Origin: Macrostomum lignano
Taxonomy: Eukaryota
Direction: 5' to 3'
NCBI GenBank assembly: GCA_002269645.1
Contig: NIVC01000717.1
Span: 1-64,000, forward strand
DNA: 64,000 bases
Position numbers and translations under genes: made by a program
In this document: piece after piece, positions 26,400 through 43,280 of the stretch
Layout: each line of letters begins with the position of its first letter
Numbering within the stretch: the first letter of the stretch is position 1
The notes under the pieces: model-generated
Told to the model about the DNA's origin: nothing
Databases searched by the model: none
The model's input: only the letters and a program-made list of their open reading frames with translations

Positions 26400-27105
26400 A
26401 GATACTTCACTGGATACATCACTGGATACATCACTAAATACTTCACTAGATACTTCACTAGATACTTCACTGGATACATCACTGGATACATCACTAAATA
26501 CTTCACTAGATACATCACTAGATCCTTCACTAGATACTTCACTGGATACATCACTAAATACTTCACTAGATACTTCACTAGATACTTCACTAGATACTTT
26601 ACTAGATACTTCACTAGATACCACACTAGATACTTCACTAGATACCTCACTAGATACTTCATTAGATACTTCACTAGATACTTCACTAGATACTTCACTA
26701 GATACTTCACTAGATACTCCACTACATACTTCACTAGATACTTCACTAGATACTTTATTAGATACTTCACTAGATACGTAATTAGATACTTCTCTAGATA
26801 CTTCACTAGATACTTCACTAGATACTTCACTAGATACTTCACTAGATACTCCACTAGATACTTCATTAGATACTTCACTAGATACGAAATTAGATACTTC
26901 ATTAGATAGGTAATTAGATACTTAACTAGATACTTCACTAGATACTTCACTAGATACTTCACTAGATACTTCACTAGATACTTCAATAGATACTTTACTA
27001 GATACTTCAATAGATACTTCACTAGATACTTCAATAGATACTTTACTAGATACTTCAATAGATACTTCACTAGATACTTCAATAGATACTTTACTATATA
27101 CTTAG
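26400..27105. repeat. 12-bp minisatellite (TAGATACTTCAC)n
   Basis: Direct tandem copies just upstream of ALP2. Confidence 0.93.
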
Positions 27106-27180
27106 ACAGATAAACACTTTTTGTTGCAGAATAAATCAAAGAACTTCTGGCGGAAGAAACTTTTTAACATTTACTTTAAA

Positions 27181-32415
<5,235 letters not shown>

Positions 32416-32659
32416 CATGGCTATAAATCACACCACTTCGAATCCCTTCAGTTCAATTTTGACGTGTTTAATTAGGACACCGTCAGCAATGATGATTCAG
32501 AATGTTTCAATCGATATTAACAAATATTGATAAAAACCGAAGAAAAAAACATTTTTCTGCTGTTTAAAGCTTCACTTTTTCTAATATTGCTGCTACCATT
32601 TATACGCACTGATAGCAACATAATATTAATAATTGATTACACCTGCCCTAATGGGCGCC

Positions 32660-33385
32660 GTAGGCACTCATTTTGGCGCCCCGCAGGCACTCATTTTGGC
32701 GCCACAGGTACTCATTTTAGCGCCGCAGGCACTCATTTTAGCGCCCCAGGCACTCATTTTAGCGCCGCAGGCACTCATTTTAGCGCCACAGGCACTCATT
32801 TTAGCACCGCAGGCACTCATTTTAGCGCCGCAGGCACTCATTTTAGCGCCACAGGCACTCATTTTAGCGCCACAAGCACTCATTTTAGCACCACAGGCAC
32901 TCATTTTAGCGCCGCAGGCACTCATTTTAGCGCCGCAGGCACTCATTTTAGCGCCACAGGCACTCATTTTAGCGCCACAGGCACTCATTTTAGCGCCACA
33001 AGCACTCATTTTAGCACCGCAGGCACTCATTTTAGCACCGCAGGCACTCATTGCCTCATGGTTTTTGGTACCCGCCGCGCCCAACCCCACCCACCCCCCA
33101 GCCCCAGGCGATTAGGGGGGGGGGCCGCGGCCCCCGGCCCCCCTCCTGGCTACGCCACTGGGGGGCGGTATGTTCATGGAGGAAACGTTCGATCAATTCA
33201 ATATGAGATCAGTGACTACGGCGCTAAAATGAGTGCCTGCGGCGCTAAAATGAGTGCCTGCGGCGCTAACATGAGTGCCTGCGGCGCTAAAATGAGTGCC
33301 TGCGGCGCCAAAAGTGGCAATGGCATAAGGCATGGCCAGCCAGACCAACCCGGCCCCCCAATTGAAATTCCTGGCTACGCCACTG
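32660..33385. mobile_element. Composite non-autonomous DNA-element remnant: 21-bp (GCACTCATTTTAGCGCCGCAG)n in both orientations plus two CCTGGCTACGCCACTG termini
   Basis: Array on + at 32665-33050 and inverted at 33220-33312. The identical 16-mer occurs at 33145-33160 and 33370-33385. Confidence 0.55.
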
Positions 33386-33997
33386 CCGCCCCCACACTGG
33401 TCGTATTCCTCATAGTGACATTAATGTACCTTGTATTGCTACAGGAGCCCTCTTTAATGCAAATATTGCGCTCATATCTACACATATAGGCTGTATAGGC
33501 AACATCAATGTCCTTCTCAATAGCCTTCAAGTATTCCGCTTTTAGAGCTGTCTTTGGCTCAATGATTTCAAGATGCAGCTCCACATCAGCTAGTTTAAGC
33601 TCCATCATTGTATGTTCAGCTCCTGTCCAAATTCCTTAATCTCGATCATCTCTAGTCAACCTAGAGAGTTGAAGCTGAAAGTTAATTGTCAATCGATTGA
33701 AGCTACATGTATTACGGAAATCACTCATAAATATCAAGGGTACAAAAATATCTACGGACCTAAACAGTGGATTATCAAACAATTTTTTAAACAGTAGGAA
33801 TCAAACTGATTACTTCAAATTATGCTCAGCAACATCAAAAATTCGCCATTACAGAAGATTCCGTCTGTGGTAGCCACTTTTTAGAGTGCAGGTAAAGTTT
33901 CTCTCAACCTTTGCGAGTGACGCAACTCAGCTACGCCGCGGTAGACTTGAGTTGAGGAATGAAGTGGGGGGAGCGATGTGAATTATCGCTATGAATG

Positions 33998-34280
33998 ATC
34001 GATAACAGGAACCGGACAGTGTACAGCGCCACTGTCCAAGGCATCAACGAATGGTAAGAAGTGCGAATGGCGGCTCCAGCTTTCGTGATCTACCTCACCA
34101 TCTCGTACAACCGGCTCGTCAGGCCCGAATGGCTCAATGCCTTTAAGCCCGTTGACAGCGTCGAGTGCAACCGGGTGAGCCTGACAGAGTCGATCGTTCT
34201 CCATCGCCAGCTTCCTCTGCAACGCTCGAGTTGTCAATCAGTTGAACAATCGTCTTGTTATCTGCGAGGTCGAGGTCGAA
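33998..34280 (+). pseudogene. Pseudogene of the F-type-lectin-fold exon (paralog of 35296-35687 and 43694-44085)
   Basis: TVYSATVQGINEW*EVRMAAPAFVIYLTI...ECNRVSLTE aligns to both intact paralogs. It has a TAA at 34055-34057, a later frameshift/deletion, and no PAN exon seen. Confidence 0.85.
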
Positions 34281-34902
34281 CGAGTATTTCGAGTACAACA
34301 AATTTCTGTGGAAAACTGAGAAATTCTTCATCAGTAGCCTGCTATACCAAATGGGAAAGCACCCTTTCTTTGCCTCATCAACAGTCGGTTGGAAATAATA
34401 TTTAAACTGTGTGATAAACGCAAACACTTAATAAAAATCTCTGCAGCAATTGACAACGATAGATTGACTCATGTCCTGTTGGCTCTTCATGCCTGTCCAT
34501 TAAATCGAGAGCTCCATATTTGCTGAGTTTTGCAACCCAGGCAACTTCTTCACTTCTACTTCAAGTTAACTAGTTAAGGTGTCATAAGCTAGAGGAATAT
34601 TTCCCACCTACCCATGCTGAAGCGCTTCTGAAGTTGACAGAAGCATCTAACACTGAGGCATCACGTAGGAACTAGAAAGCTGTTAGGTAAACTTGACAAG
34701 CACTCTATCAAGTCTTAAAAATCATTTAAAATCATTATTTGTCAAGCACTGAAATTCGTCACTCAATTGGAGTGGCACCATAGGATGCGATAAGTCTATT
34801 TATTTGAGGTAAAATAATCGAGCGAAAGACGGCGGTAGAGAGCGGAGATTCCGGGATCTGGCAAAAAACACAAACTTAACGCCTGACGAAAGCAAGCAGC
34901 AA

Positions 34903-35687
34903 ATGGTGCAAGTTAAGGTGCAGTGGACCAGTCTGCTGCTAAGTCTGCTGGTGCTGACGGTGATCCCTATAATTTTAGGGTTCACTTTCGAAATTGTCAC
35001 GAAGGACGGCTTGAAGAGTCCGGCGTCGATGAGCACTATGTCAGGTATTACCACCATAGAATGTTCTGTGAAGTGTGCTCAAACACCTGGTTGCTATGGT
35101 TTCTCCTGGCTACATGGCCTGTGCCGATTTTTTAATTCGAGCTCATTCTTCGTGAGCCTATCGTCCAGTTCTTCGAAACTTTCGGTTTACAAACTGGGTG
35201 AGTCAGGAGTCGATCAGTTGTCTCAGTGACCCTGAATATAACTAGTCGGTGTCATAAATCTTGAACTCAAATCAGAAATTGAAACATCTTTTCAGTTAAT
35301 GCCAATAAGAAACTGAGTCTAGTTGGCTGCAAAAACAGTGCCACTCGCCAGTCGTACGTCTGCACCAAAGCCATGGACGGTAACAGAGAGCAGAACGATG
35401 TGAGTTTTTGTAGTGTTACCATGCGGTCCTCTAACCAGTGGTGGGAGGCCCAACTGTCCGCTCCATCGCAGGTCGAATACCTCACCATCTACAACCGGAT
35501 TAAAAATGCCGAGTTGCTCAACACCTTCAACTTGCTGGTTGACGGCGTCGAGTGCAACCGAGTGAACCTGACGGAGCCGTTCTCCATCGCCAACTTCGGT
35601 TGTAACGCTTTCGGCAGCAAAGTTCGAGTTGTCAATCAGTTGTACACTCATCTCATTCTCTGCGAAGTTGAGATCTACGGTTACTAG
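34903..35687 (+). CDS. Secreted PAN/Apple + F-type lectin (FTP/F5-8 type C fold) protein A, exons 34903-35197 and 35296-35687
   Basis: Signal peptide; C-x3-C-x4-C-x7-C PAN core; MDGN...WWEAQL...IYNR...LILCEVEIYG. Phase-1 GTGAGT/TTCAG intron. Confidence 0.85.
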
Positions 35688-36133
35688 CGACATCATGTGC
35701 AGCATCGAATTAACCTGATAACTTAGTCAGAGAAGACAAACTGTTGAGAAGTGCCTAGACTAACTGATTGTGAGCATATAGGCACTGGGTTTTCTGCTGG
35801 TTCAAAATCATCGTCTTGAATTCGTGCCACAGAGACGATTTAAACAAAATACACTGCTTGAGTCTGTTCAAGCGTCAGCATGCCAAAATGTTTCATCCAG
35901 AAGTTAATTACTCGATGCTAAGCCGGAGCCGCTTACGACAAATACTTCTTTAGTGGTTGAACAAATCATCCTTTTTAGCAACAACAAATGTGCAAGCTAG
36001 CACTCATAGTAGCAACTATAGAAACTGAAGAAAAAAATGCAGCAAAAAATAAATTAACAAGCAGCATAGCATTGCAATTTCATATTCAGATGTAAAAAAT
36101 AAAGAGAAAGCCGAAAATCAACATGTAGGTTTT

Positions 36134-36171
36134 TACGACGCGTTTCGCACACCAAGGTGCATCGTCAGGTA
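36134..36171 (-). ncRNA. Minimal type I hammerhead ribozyme of the Penelope-like element (PLE) type
   Basis: Minus strand reads UAC-CUGACGA-U-GCAC(CUUGGU)GUGC-GAA-ACGCGU-C|GUA: complete core, 4-bp stem II, palindromic stem III, GUC triplet and 3-bp stem I. Confidence 0.75.
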
Positions 36172-36329
36172 TATCGTTTGAAACGTAGGTGTGACTTTGA
36201 CTTACTTGACTTAGCTGCAGGGCTGTCCCGGAGGGGACACAGCGGGAAGGCGCGGGCGCCCATTCCGCTAATCCCTGAACGGCCGACGCGTCGCTATGGA
36301 CGGAGGGTTGGCGCCGCCCAGGGAGGTCC

Positions 36330-39300
36330 CCAGTGTCGCCAGCAGCTATAGTGCTCTCAGGAAAGGAGAGTTCAGCCCTGCGGGTGGCCCGAAGGTAGCG
36401 CATGAGCTGATTAAAGTTTTCGGGTTTGCACGCTTCAGTAATAGATGTGTGTGGCCCGAGGTAAGTGAGTCTGGCCCGCGTGAAGGCGGGACAGATGCTG
36501 ACGAAATGCTCAGCGGTTTCGTCACCTGAGTTGCAGAAACTACAGGTGGCGTTGGTGGCGTTGCCCTGCAGGTACTGGTGCCTGGAGAAGCAGCCGTGAC
36601 CAGAGAGGGTCATGGTGGCAGCCCGGATGTCTCTGCGCGAGAGGCGCAAGAGGAGCTTCCGGAGCTGGTGAGAGGGCTGAGGGACAGCGCCTCTGGATTG
36701 CCTGCAGTTCGTGCGGTTCGCCCAAGTCGAGCGGTGCTGAGTCCTGATCCACGCTTGATGCGCGAGTCGATGACACAGCCAGGAATCGGGACAAGAGGTT
36801 CGGGGCCGAGAGAGGAGCCGGAGGCACCAACTTTTGCAAGGGTGTCAGCCAGCTCATTTCCTCGGATCCCCACATGCCCGGAACCCACTTAAGGGTAATT
36901 TTGTTGGCGGAACCCAACACTTGAGAAGTTTGATACAGTCGAGGACTGTAGCAGAGTTGGTGCTGCAGCCACTGATGGCGTGCAAGGCAGCTTGGCTGTC
37001 CGAATGGAAAATGATGTTCTTGCCAATAACGCCAGTGGCGAGAAGCTCTGCAGTGCAGGAGCTGATGGCCAGAACTTCATTTTGGAAAACACTGGAGTTG
37101 ACCCCAGTGTATTGAGCGTGGGTAGCGATGACCCTCCCGTTCAGAAAGATTCCAACACCAAAGCCGGTGTTGGCTGACTGCTTAGAACCGTCGGTGTAGC
37201 AATGAAGCTCACCAGGGTTCCATTGGTCATTGATGTTATCGCGCGAGTCGATAGCTACGGAGTAGCGCTGTCTCAGGTTGAGCGTTGAGGCAATGCCATC
37301 GGTGAAGACGCGATTGGCCTGACACTCGTTGAGAAAGTTGAGGCACAGGTCGCTATGCGGGACAAGGTTCCGCTTAGCAGGTGCTCTCATGTAAATGAAT
37401 TTGACGCCGGCATCAATTAGACGCCGCGTCGTTCTAGCCGCCTCACCCCTGACGAAGAGGTCAAGAGGCGGTAGATTAAGGAAGGCCCCCATGCCAGCAA
37501 AGGGCGTGGACCTGGTGGCGTTGCAGATGAGCCTACACGCTCTGCCTTGGATCGTGTTGAGCAGGTCTGCATGGCTTTTGACCTGGGTAGCGCTAACCCA
37601 GACAACAGAGGCGTACGTAATGGCAGGTCTAACTACGGAAGTATAGATCCACCAAAGCCGCTTTGGGGATAGACCCCAAGAAGTGCCAAGTGCTCGTCGG
37701 AGCTGGGCCAGGATGGCTGAGGCACGCTTGGCTTTTGCTTTCACGTGGAAGGACCAGTTGAGCCGGTGGTCAAGTGTGACCCCGAGACATCTGGTCTGGT
37801 GCGCGAAGGCAATATCTCTGCCGTAGAGCTGCAGAGGACGTATGTTCCAGCGTAGTCTGCTGGTAAACATAATGGCAACGGTTTTGGGCTCAGAGAGTTC
37901 CAGACCATTGTCATTGGCCCAGGATTCTGCTTTGCGGATAAAGCTCTGCATCAGATCCCTGAGCGTGCTGGGAGACGGTCCTGCCACAATGGCCGTGACG
38001 TCATCAGCATACCCGACTTTGAAGACGGGGTCGGGTCGGGAGTCACTCAAAAGAGCGTCCATGACCAGGTTCCAGAGCGTCGGGGTGAGGACTCCGCCTT
38101 GGGGTCCACCCTTACAGACTCTGGTGGAGGCAGTTTGCCCAAGAAGTTGGGCAGTGACCGTACGGTTGGAGATCATGTACATGATCCACCGTATGAGGGT
38201 AGCATGAGCTTTGCGATTTTGAAGGGCCCTCTGAAACGCTTCAAAGATAACGTTGTCGAAGGCGCCAACAATGTCAAGAAAGAGAGCCAGGGCGTAACCG
38301 TCACCCAGTACCGCCCGTTCAATCTTCTCGACAATCGCATGCAGGGCGCTGTCAGTCGACCTCCCGGTACGGAAGGCGTGCTGATTATTGCTGAGGGGCA
38401 TCGCTGTCAGCTCGCAGGACAGCAGCCGCCAGAGAATAAGCCTCTCAGTGAGCTTAAGCATTGCTGACGTTAAGCTAATAGGCCGAAGGCCTTGACGCTT
38501 TGGTAGTCACCCTTCCCAGGTTTGGGAATAAAGACTACCCGAGCTTCAGTCCAGCATTTGGGAACGTATCCCAGCTGGATAGAGGCCCGCATAAGATTGC
38601 GGGTGAGTCTCAGGAACGAGGGTATCTTGGCTGCTTCACGAAGGAGAACAGGGTAGATACCATCAGGTCCAGGAGATTTGAAGGGTTTGAAGGTTCTGAC
38701 CGCACGAGCGATTAGGTCTTCAGTGACAATGCCCGCCGCTAGGGTGGCTCCATCCATCGAATGGTTGGGCTCCGGTCTAGCAGTAGGTACCCTCGGGAAG
38801 AATGTGCTAAGCATATGCTGAAGCACTTCTTCAGGGTCTTTAGTAAGAGAGCCATCATCTTTTTTGATCATGGCTAATTTGGACATTTTGTCCATTGTAA
38901 GGGCCTTGACAAGCCTAGAAGTAGGTCTGTCTTGATCCAATTCATTGCAGAATTGGCGCCACTTACATTCCTTGGCCTTGCGCACTTCAGATTTGAAATT
39001 GCGGGAGGCTTGCCGGAAAAGCTCCATGTCCTCCGGGTTTCCGGTCTTCATGGCACGGCGATGAAGGCTTTTGGCCTTCCGCCTGAGTTTCCCCAGCTCC
39101 GGGTTCCACCACGGCGCCGAGGTCTTGCCTTTGTAGGCGCGAGCAGGACAAGCCGCTTCGTAGGCTGCAATAATGCAACCTGTCAGCGTCTCAGCCATAT
39201 GATCCACATCCTCGCAGGTCTCAATCGGACGTAAGTCCGTGAGTTCCTGCAGGTGCAGATCAAGGGCAGCCTTGTAGGCCGCCCAATCAGTGTTGCGGAT

Positions 39301-40026
39301 ATTGCGCTCCAAGTGATCGGAGACTGGGTTTTAGTGTCCGCGATGTTAAAGGCGATAAAGCAGTGGTCAGACAGGGAGGGCTCCTCAGACCAGACTCTCC
39401 ACTCCTCAACTCTGTCAAAGAGTCTTGGGGTAACGAGTGTGGCGTCGAGGACCTCGGTCCATCTGCCATTATTAAAGGTAGGAGTGCTGCCGCGGTTGCA
39501 GAGCATGAGGTTTGTGTTAGAGATGAGGGCCAGAAGCTCCTCTCCTCTAGTGTTGGTATCTTTGCTGCCCCAGTGCTTGTGATGCGCGTTGAGGTCGACC
39601 CCTAAGCACAACTCAGCGTTCTGGGACTCGCAGTACTGCGCAAGGCGCAGTAAACTCTCAGGAGCAGGGTCTCTGTCACCTGGGATATAAACCGAGGCAA
39701 CAAGACACGTACGCGGAGAGAAATGATTAGATTGGATGACGCAAAGGTCTCCATCAGAGAGATCAGTCCTCAGCCAAGCCTGGAGATGGCTAGCAGCGAG
39801 GATAGCCGCTCTAGGGCGGCTGTTCCCCGGGCCACACACAAAAATCAGAGTAGCCAGAGGGAATGTTGGGCAACTTACCGTTGCGCATCCAGGGTTCCTG
39901 GATCAGGATGAGGCCTGGCCTGTACAGCTCAGCAATCTTCATCAGATTTACTGACGCAGATACGCAATGCTGTAAATTAATTTGCAGACAGAATGTCGCT
40001 CCTTTGGCAGCGTGGAGCTTAGTCAT
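36330..40026 (-). CDS. LINE ORF2 (apurinic endonuclease, reverse transcriptase, RNase H, C-terminal CCHC), split by at least six frameshifts in this sequence
   Basis: EN: QINLQH, LIQEPW, GVDLNAHH.WGS, SDH. RT: KSPGPDGI, QHAFR.GRST, LDIVGAFD, GPQGGVLTP, GYADD, LGVTLD. RNase H: YTDGSK, DSQAAL, WVPGHVGIRGNELAD. Zn finger: CSFC...ETAEHFVSIC. Confidence 0.9.
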
Positions 40027-40059
40027 ACTGTATTAAATGCAATGTCTGGCTAGAGCCCA

Positions 40060-41619
40060 GGGCCATCAAGGAGACTTGGACAACAGATCGTCCTCGTCCC
40101 AGGCCGCTGGGGCTTGACTGGGAGATGGGAGTTGGTCGACGTCCATGGCCTCCTCACCCCCACCGGCCCCCCAGCAGAGTCCTCAGGCTCCGATGACAGG
40201 ATGGAGGAAGCTTCCTCATCTGCATCTTTACCTTCAGACCCCACCAGGGTGGCCGAGGAGAGCTCGGATTCCGAAGACCCGGCCTCGTCCTCAACTCCTT
40301 CTCCGACTAGCAGGTTTGGTTCCCGGGGCTTGGCCGGAGCCGTTACCGCGGTCGCCGAACTGCTGCTAGCAGAGGGGCGAGACGCAGCTTTGGCTTTGGG
40401 ATCGGCTTGCGCCTTTCCTTGGGCCTTAGACTGCGCCCCGCTCTTGCCGGAGATGCCGGGGTTGGCAGTAGCCTTCCTTTGGCAGACTTTCCTCGGCGCA
40501 TCTTGAGCTTGAGGGCACCCAGCTGGAAAGAGGATCCATTAGGGTACCGACTCGCCCAAGTGCTGGAAAGGCCGAGGACAATTGAGTTGCCCGTCTCCCC
40601 CCTGCGGACTCGGCGGTGAACACCAGTCCACTAGCAGGGAGGTCGGGGTTCAGACGCAGTAGGACCCGGCGGATAACGTCTGGTCCAGCTGCGGTGCTCC
40701 TAGCAGGGACAAAGACCTGATAGGGTATTGTCTTTGGACGCTGGCCCTCGCGAAGAAAAAGAGCTCCGCCAAGGTCAGCATCCAAGGAGACCGTCGGTAG
40801 CCGCTTGAGCCGAGCGTCCTCCTCGCTGCTAGGAGCAATAAGAACGAATGTGCTTCGCAGCACCATCCGCTCAACGCCGATGGAGATTCCCTCCTCGACA
40901 GTCAGCCCAATCAGATAGGAGTCAACAGCACTCCACACTTTTTGAAGCTGATCAGTGGTCCAGTCCTGGTCGCGACCTTGGATGATCACTCCCGGGATTT
41001 TGGCCTTGACCTTCGCCGCAAAGGTAGCTCCCGAAGGAACCTCCTTGTTGGCAGTGGCCATTTGTTGCGCCGTGGTTTCGGCCTCAGCAGCCGCGGCAGC
41101 ATCTCCAGGGAGCGCCGCCGCTGAACTACTGGAGCTTCCACCGGCCGGCCCGCCTGGTTGCCTTGGGACTCCAGTCGCTTCAGCATCCATGGTGGACGCC
41201 GCCGCTTTGGCCCCCGCAGCTCCCTGCTTGGCCTGCCTTTTGGTGCGTTGTTTAGCGCGTTTGCGCTCAAGCCGAGCCCGCTGAGCTTCATCGGATCTGC
41301 CAGATTTGGCCGGTCCTTTAGGCTCAGAGCTCGCGGTTCCCTTAGATCCACCAGCGGAGCTGGCAGGTCTTTGGGCATTTTGAGTTTGGTAGCTCTGGTC
41401 GGATCTGCCAGCAGAGCCAGCCGGTCCTTCCTTTGCCACAGTTGAATCAGTCGGTTGGGATCTGCCAGCAGGGCCGGCCGGTCCTTCGGACTGAGGTTGG
41501 GGTTTAGAAGGGTCCCCGTCCCTAGAAAAAGCTTGGTTATCCATAGTCGGCTCGAAGGCCATGATAAAAGGTTGGTGGGCTACCCTCAAAGGGGCGCGGT
41601 ACCCACCCGGCCGCTCCAC
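40060..41619 (-). CDS. LINE ORF1 (low-complexity N-terminus, basic region), with frameshifts
   Basis: Long ORF upstream of ORF2 inside the TSD-bounded element. No clear zinc knuckle seen; the end coordinate is approximate. Confidence 0.65.
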
Positions 41620-41837
41620 CTGACCGGGCAGTAGGCCAATAGAACCCTCAAGGCTGGCCCGACACCAGGAGGGGGACCGCTTGCGACCGGACTACTCCCC
41701 GGCCTTCCAGCCCATCGGCACGGTCAACACCTTAGGCATTAGAGAGTACGTTGAGTAGTACCACGGCCTGCAGGTTGGCGAGCCAGACCCGCATACCCAA
41801 ATTCGGCCGAAGCCACTGGATAGGGTCGCCAGCGCCG

Positions 41838-42078
41838 GAGCCCAGTCTGTCCAGCAGCCCTCGGGTCTGCCTTGAACACACGCGGGGACGAGTACCCTGG
41901 GTCGACTTGCGAGACAGCGTGGGGGGGTCTGCGGCTGCCAGAGGCAAATAGAGGGTGCAGACCTACCACCGGCCTTGACCTGCCAAAGATAGGGGCAAGC
42001 GTGAAGCATCGCAGACCGTAGCCCATAGGCCTAGTCTGTCTCATACTTCACTGGCGTGCTGAATACACCTTCGCGTGC
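41838..42078 (-). ncRNA. HDV-like (nested double pseudoknot) self-cleaving ribozyme at the LINE 5' end
   Basis: P1 GCACGCG (42078-42072) pairs with CGCGUGU (41884-41878), with a G1-U wobble. P3 GGG/CCC encloses L3 UACUCGU. P1.1 AC/GU. P4 GCAG-A-CC(CGAG)GG-CUGC. Catalytic C at 41849 in CAGAC. P2 GACCCA/UGGG(C)UC. J1/2 is 168 nt. Confidence 0.8.
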
Positions 42079-43280
42079 AACGTAGGTGTGAGTAAAGCGA
42101 ATTTATAAATTTTTGTCAATGAAACAAATGTAGCTGGTATAAATTCGATTGACTCACACCATTCATTTCAGTTAGGATGGAGGTGAATGGGGGGAACCCT
42201 CAAAAAGTGACAGGTGCAGCCATAAATCATCAAATTTCAATACATTTTTTATATGAGTTTTAGCAATGCTAAGTAAAAAATCAGCATGAAATCTCATAGA
42301 ATTCACTTCATGGAAATCTCATGTGACTTATCGCAAGCCAGCATACCAGATGGCCGATTAAAACCTTGACGTCTGATGATTTGGTGGTATGGAAAAGAAA
42401 AAAATCATGAAAGAGAGAGGAATATTAATATGAAAGACAAAGGGTATAAAAGAGGTAATAAAAAAAGAAGAAATGAAAGAATGGGAAAGATAGGGAAGAA
42501 TATAATCCCAACTGGCCATAGTGAGTACAGAACAGAGGAAAGAGCTCATGTGCCCTCATATCAGTGCGAGGGCTGTCCGAGTACTGGGTACTCAGAAGTC
42601 CCAGGTCGTTTCCCCTTGACTCATCAAATGATTCATCCCACCTCATCACTGCTTGTTCACCTTCGCGTTACGTCCTCAGGCTCTCAGGCGTGACGTCCGT
42701 TTTAAACCTCGTATCTCCCCAAGCTATTTTGCTTCCGTCACGTGACCTATTGCGCAACCCTAGGATTTTATAGGTCGTCTACGCACATGACGTCACTTGG
42801 CTGCCAAACGACGCCATTCAAGGAATGGTCAAGGCCACTTTGTTCTCATATCATGCCTGTGATTTTTTATTAAAGACAGTGGCTGTGTGCACCCTGGCGC
42901 ACTTTAAGCGACATTGTCACACAACCGGCGAGAGGCATTGCTGCCCATTCCACCGACTCCCCTGAGCAGGCACACAAGCGCAAGGATACGTACGCAGTCA
43001 TACGCACAGGCACACACTCACACAGGAGTTTACAGCGGCCCTAACTTTACTTTATTTATCGTCAGGCATGTACACTGTGCCTTGGAGGTTGGCCTTTCAA
43101 GGGCATTACAAGCAGATCCAAGCTGAGATTGGCAACGAAGTTTTGGTTGGTTATTCCCGCAGCCAATCGCTTTGTCATGAAAGAATTTTCATAAATCAAT
43201 AAATAATGAAGATTGCTTCTGAGCCCTAGGTTTCCACAGCTACCAGAGACAGAAGCAGTTGCCCAAATCCAGCCTCCAGC

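Larger units (their letters stand above)
36195..42078 (-). mobile_element. Full-length non-LTR retrotransposon (ORF1 + APE-RT-RNase H-CCHC ORF2; LOA/Lian-like, I group)
   Basis: 13-bp TSD AACGTAGGTGTGA at 36182-36194 and 42079-42091. Short AAGT(C)-repeat 3' tail. Domain motifs are listed under ORF2. Confidence 0.93.

Noticed and set aside
36086-36194. ORF2 C-terminal frame running out of the LINE through the hammerhead region
   Set aside because: Most likely a further indel removed the true stop. The extension is not protein-like.
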